Source: an uncultured archaeon
Lineage (GTDB): Archaea > Asgardarchaeota > Lokiarchaeia > Sigyniarchaeales > SOKP01
NCBI GenBank assembly: GCA_964629395.1
Contig: CAZVTX010000013.1
Coordinates: 1-24,000 of the forward strand
Direction of reading: 5' to 3'
Length of the DNA stretch: 24,000 nt
Shown: piece after piece, positions 23,794 to 24,000 of the stretch
Layout of the letters: each line of letters starts with the position of its first letter
How positions within the stretch are numbered: the first letter of the stretch is position 1
Position numbers and translations under genes: made by a program
The notes under the pieces: generated by a model
The model's input: only the letters and a program-made list of their open reading frames with translations
Database searches by the model: none
What the model was told of the DNA's origin: nothing

Positions 23794-24000
23794 ATGAATG
23801 ATTTTAATGAACCATCTCGACAAAATTCGAATAAAATAAAAACTTTTTTTATACAAAAATGGTGGATTTTCGCTTTAATATCAATTGTTATTGTCTCTTT
23901 TTGCATTGACATGTATGCATTGATGCAATACTCTATTTCATATGGTCCCGATGGTCCTTATTATGATTTACAAGTTCGAGAGATTTTAAATACAGGTTTT
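23794..24000 (+). CDS. 5' part of a membrane protein (possibly a GT-C/AglB-like glycosyltransferase), runs off the window
   Basis: ATG 23794 gives MNDFNEPSRQNSNKIKTFFIQKWWIFALISIVIVSFCIDMYALMQYSISYGPDGPYYDLQVREILNTGF, open to the window edge. A TM helix is followed by a PDGPYY..R loop reminiscent of the first luminal loop of STT3/AglB-type enzymes. This resemblance is weak. Confidence 0.35.
   Translation, partial: MNDFNEPSRQNSNKIKTFFIQKWWIFALISIVIVSFCIDMYALMQYSISYGPDGPYYDLQVREILNTGF

Noticed and set aside
1-24000. CRISPR arrays, tandem repeats, IS elements, integrases and tRNA or rRNA genes.
   Set aside because: I saw no regularly spaced direct repeats, no transposase- or integrase-like ORF and no GC-rich structured island in any intergenic region. 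The only GC-rich palindrome lies inside the GTPase pseudogene. This was an inspection by eye, not a covariance-model search, so short ncRNAs could have been missed.

Overview
This is a very AT-rich window (roughly 25-30% GC by eye) from a densely coding archaeal chromosome. It holds about 30 protein genes on both strands, with TAA/TAG stops, short intergenic gaps and several abutting or overlapping gene pairs. I recognised no rRNA, tRNA, CRISPR array, IS element, transposase or integrase. Confident housekeeping calls: (1) a minus-strand operon at 5108-8483 encoding a translin/C3PO-like nuclease, O-phosphoseryl-tRNA synthetase (SepRS), archaeal FAD synthetase RibL and an HTH-fused CTP-dependent riboflavin kinase; (2) a divergent archaeal-type ThrRS with an N-terminal editing domain, followed by a HAD phosphatase; (3) a CDP-alcohol phosphatidyltransferase; (4) an IscU-like Fe-S scaffold; (5) an alpha/beta hydrolase; (6) PRPP synthetase. 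Lineage-specific genes lie between these. They include a longin-like plus wHTH protein (2336-3073), a gelsolin-like domain fused to a polytopic membrane domain (3628-4461), an interrupted Ras-superfamily small GTPase (11357-11958), a membrane-tethered ArsR regulator and an orphan ATP-grasp ligase. They also include a beta-helix/TSP3-repeat surface protein and a 584-aa membrane protein built from five repeated modules. SepRS, archaeal RibL/RibK, eukaryote-signature-like domains and very low GC together suggest an Asgard (Loki-/Heimdall-like) archaeon, but that is inference only. The best candidates for something undescribed are the 2336-5100 cluster (longin-wHTH, small basic protein, membrane-anchored gelsolin-like protein, lipid head-group transferase) and the GTPase. 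The GTPase has two lesions, each inside a short extra segment, and one segment carries a GC palindrome. Three genes in the first 12 kb are frame-disrupted, so assembly quality must be checked before any recoding claim.
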